Positions 62,601-64,000 of a stretch of 64,000 nucleotides of DNA are shown piece after piece. Source of the DNA: Balamuthia mandrillaris (taxonomy: Eukaryota). Each line of letters starts with the position of its first letter. Positions within the stretch are counted from its first letter, which is position 1. The notes under the pieces were generated by a model, which ran no database searches, was not told where the DNA came from, and saw only the letters and a list, made by a program, of their open reading frames with translations. The stretch covers positions 1 to 64,000 of the forward strand of contig JAVKOQ020000071.1 of the NCBI GenBank assembly GCA_031835245.2, given 5' to 3'. Both the position numbers and the translations under genes were made by a program.

Positions 62601-63945
62601 AGAGAGAGGAAACCACTAAAGAAGAAAGAGAAGATGGTTGTTGCTGTTGTTGCTGACTTGTAAGTACAGAAGAGGAGGAATCAGGTGATAACGAATTGTT
62701 GTTGCGAAGAGGTTTTAGGCGATTGCGACACGACTTTTGTCGGGTGGCAAAGATATAGCGACCCAATTTATATTTATCCATTTTGCTATGAAGAAATAAC
62801 TCCTGTTGCGTTTGTTTCAGAGAAAGCCAAAGCGAAAACCTTTCCAAAGAGAAAGAGAACGAGACGAGAGAAAAGCACCAACAAACAAACAAACAAACAA
62901 ACAAACAAACAAACAAACAAACAAACAAACAAACAAACAAACAAACAAACAAACAAACAAACAAACAAACAAACAAACAAACAAACAAACAAACAAACAA
63001 ACAAACAAGCAAACCTGAGACTGGTGCCCCAAGATAATGAGGTTGCGAGTGGTAGAGCCCTGGCCAAAGGCCTTGTCCAACAGCCCTCTCCACACGCAGT
63101 GGTCTTGCCCTACCCTCCGCAGCAGCCGGCAGACCGAGGCCAAGCGCAGCACGTCCTCAAAGCTCTCCAGGTGCATGAAGATCATGACGATGAGCTCTAC
63201 GGGGAGGGAGGTCAGTCGAAAGGGAGTGGAGCACCGTTCCCCTCTCGTTGTGTGTGGCGTCCCTGTAAGCTCTCAGGCTCTCGTTGCTGAGACAGGAGTA
63301 CTCGTCGTCACATTCTTGTTCTTCCTCTTCCTCTTCTTCTTCTTCTTCGTAGGAAGAAGAGGAGGAAGAGTCGCCTTCTTCGTGGGAAGAAGAGGAGGAA
63401 TTGTTTTCTTCCTCCGTTTCTCCATCTTCTTCGTCTTCTTCGTCTTCTTTATATTTTCTCGGCTTCCGTTTTTGATGAGAGAGGTGCTTTCTGAAGGCTT
63501 TCTTGCTGCTCCGGCGTAGCGCCGAGGAGGTGGTGGCAGGAATGGTTTTGGCAGAGTCTTTTTTCTTGGGGTCGGCGTTGTGGCGTCGCCGACCACGACT
63601 GGCAGAAGAAGAAGATGAACTAGAAGAAGGAGAGAAAGAGGAAATCAGAGGCAGGGAGTTGCGCTTCTCCGCTTTGTGTCTGCGGCGTTTGCTGTTCTTT
63701 CGTTTGTGGCGGTTGAGCACTATTTTCTCTTCCTCCTCGTCGTTTTGTGCCAGCTGTTGTTGTTGTTGTTGGTGCGGAGAAGACATCGATGAGGAAGAGG
63801 GAGAAGAATAAGGCGAAGGGATAGAAGAATGAACAAGCCCGCTGCTGAGGTCATCCAACAAAGCCTGCTGGATGCTGAGCTCCTCCTCCGCGCTGAGCCT
63901 GGTTTCCTGGTCCAACGTTAACAGCAGCTTGGATACCCGTTTCAT
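56330..63945 (-). CDS. Large multidomain protein: F-box, SPRY, LRR, TKL-like kinase, Ser-rich region, KHA-like tail (multi-exon; apparent frame break near 63220)
   Basis: F-box LTSLPVELIVMIF...LASVCR. SPRY GYFEM, SIGYHG, GETIGCG, LYPSI, VNFGKQAFLFD. LRRs LETLDLGKNFI, LRTLHLNNNYLESLP. Kinase WEIPFSEL..LGHGAFSTVY, ALKK, HCDIHSDN, DLGLS, APE, DIFSFG, CW..RP. Confidence 0.75.
62880..63008. repeat. (AAAC)n tetranucleotide microsatellite, intronic
   Basis: About 30 perfect tandem units. Confidence 0.95.
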
Positions 63946-64000
63946 TCTCCCTCGTTTTAAGGTTGTGGTGGTTGTTGTGTTGTGCGAAGAATAATCCTTT

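Overview
Gene-dense, intron-rich eukaryotic nuclear DNA. GT-AG introns are filled with pyrimidine-rich microsatellites. The 5S rRNA resembles the Acanthamoeba 5S sequence as I recall it, and there is a Dictyostelium-type Frizzled-like receptor. Together these suggest an amoebozoan of the Acanthamoeba/Balamuthia group (inference). About 25 protein-coding genes can be reconstructed: ALKBH1, MAM33-like, Rab, a K/E/D-rich protein, NCL-type Na/Ca exchanger, PhyH-like dioxygenase, Pth1, NCS/EF-hand-PIP5K fusion, ADF-H-like, Abitram, QCR6, BTB-pentapeptide, PDK1, PFK, Frizzled-like GPCR, Cof-type HAD, calmodulin-coiled-coil, CsbD-like, F-box-SPRY, SAM-RBR E3, a secreted (DVxYDGG)n protein and a large F-box-SPRY-LRR-kinase. 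The most unusual locus is 54.3-56.3 kb. There a lone 5S rRNA gene is preceded by three truncated copies of its own 5' end separated by unique spacers, is followed by a ~125-nt hairpin, and lies divergent to the secreted Tyr/Asp/Gly heptad-repeat gene. All exon boundaries and family assignments were read by eye and are approximate.
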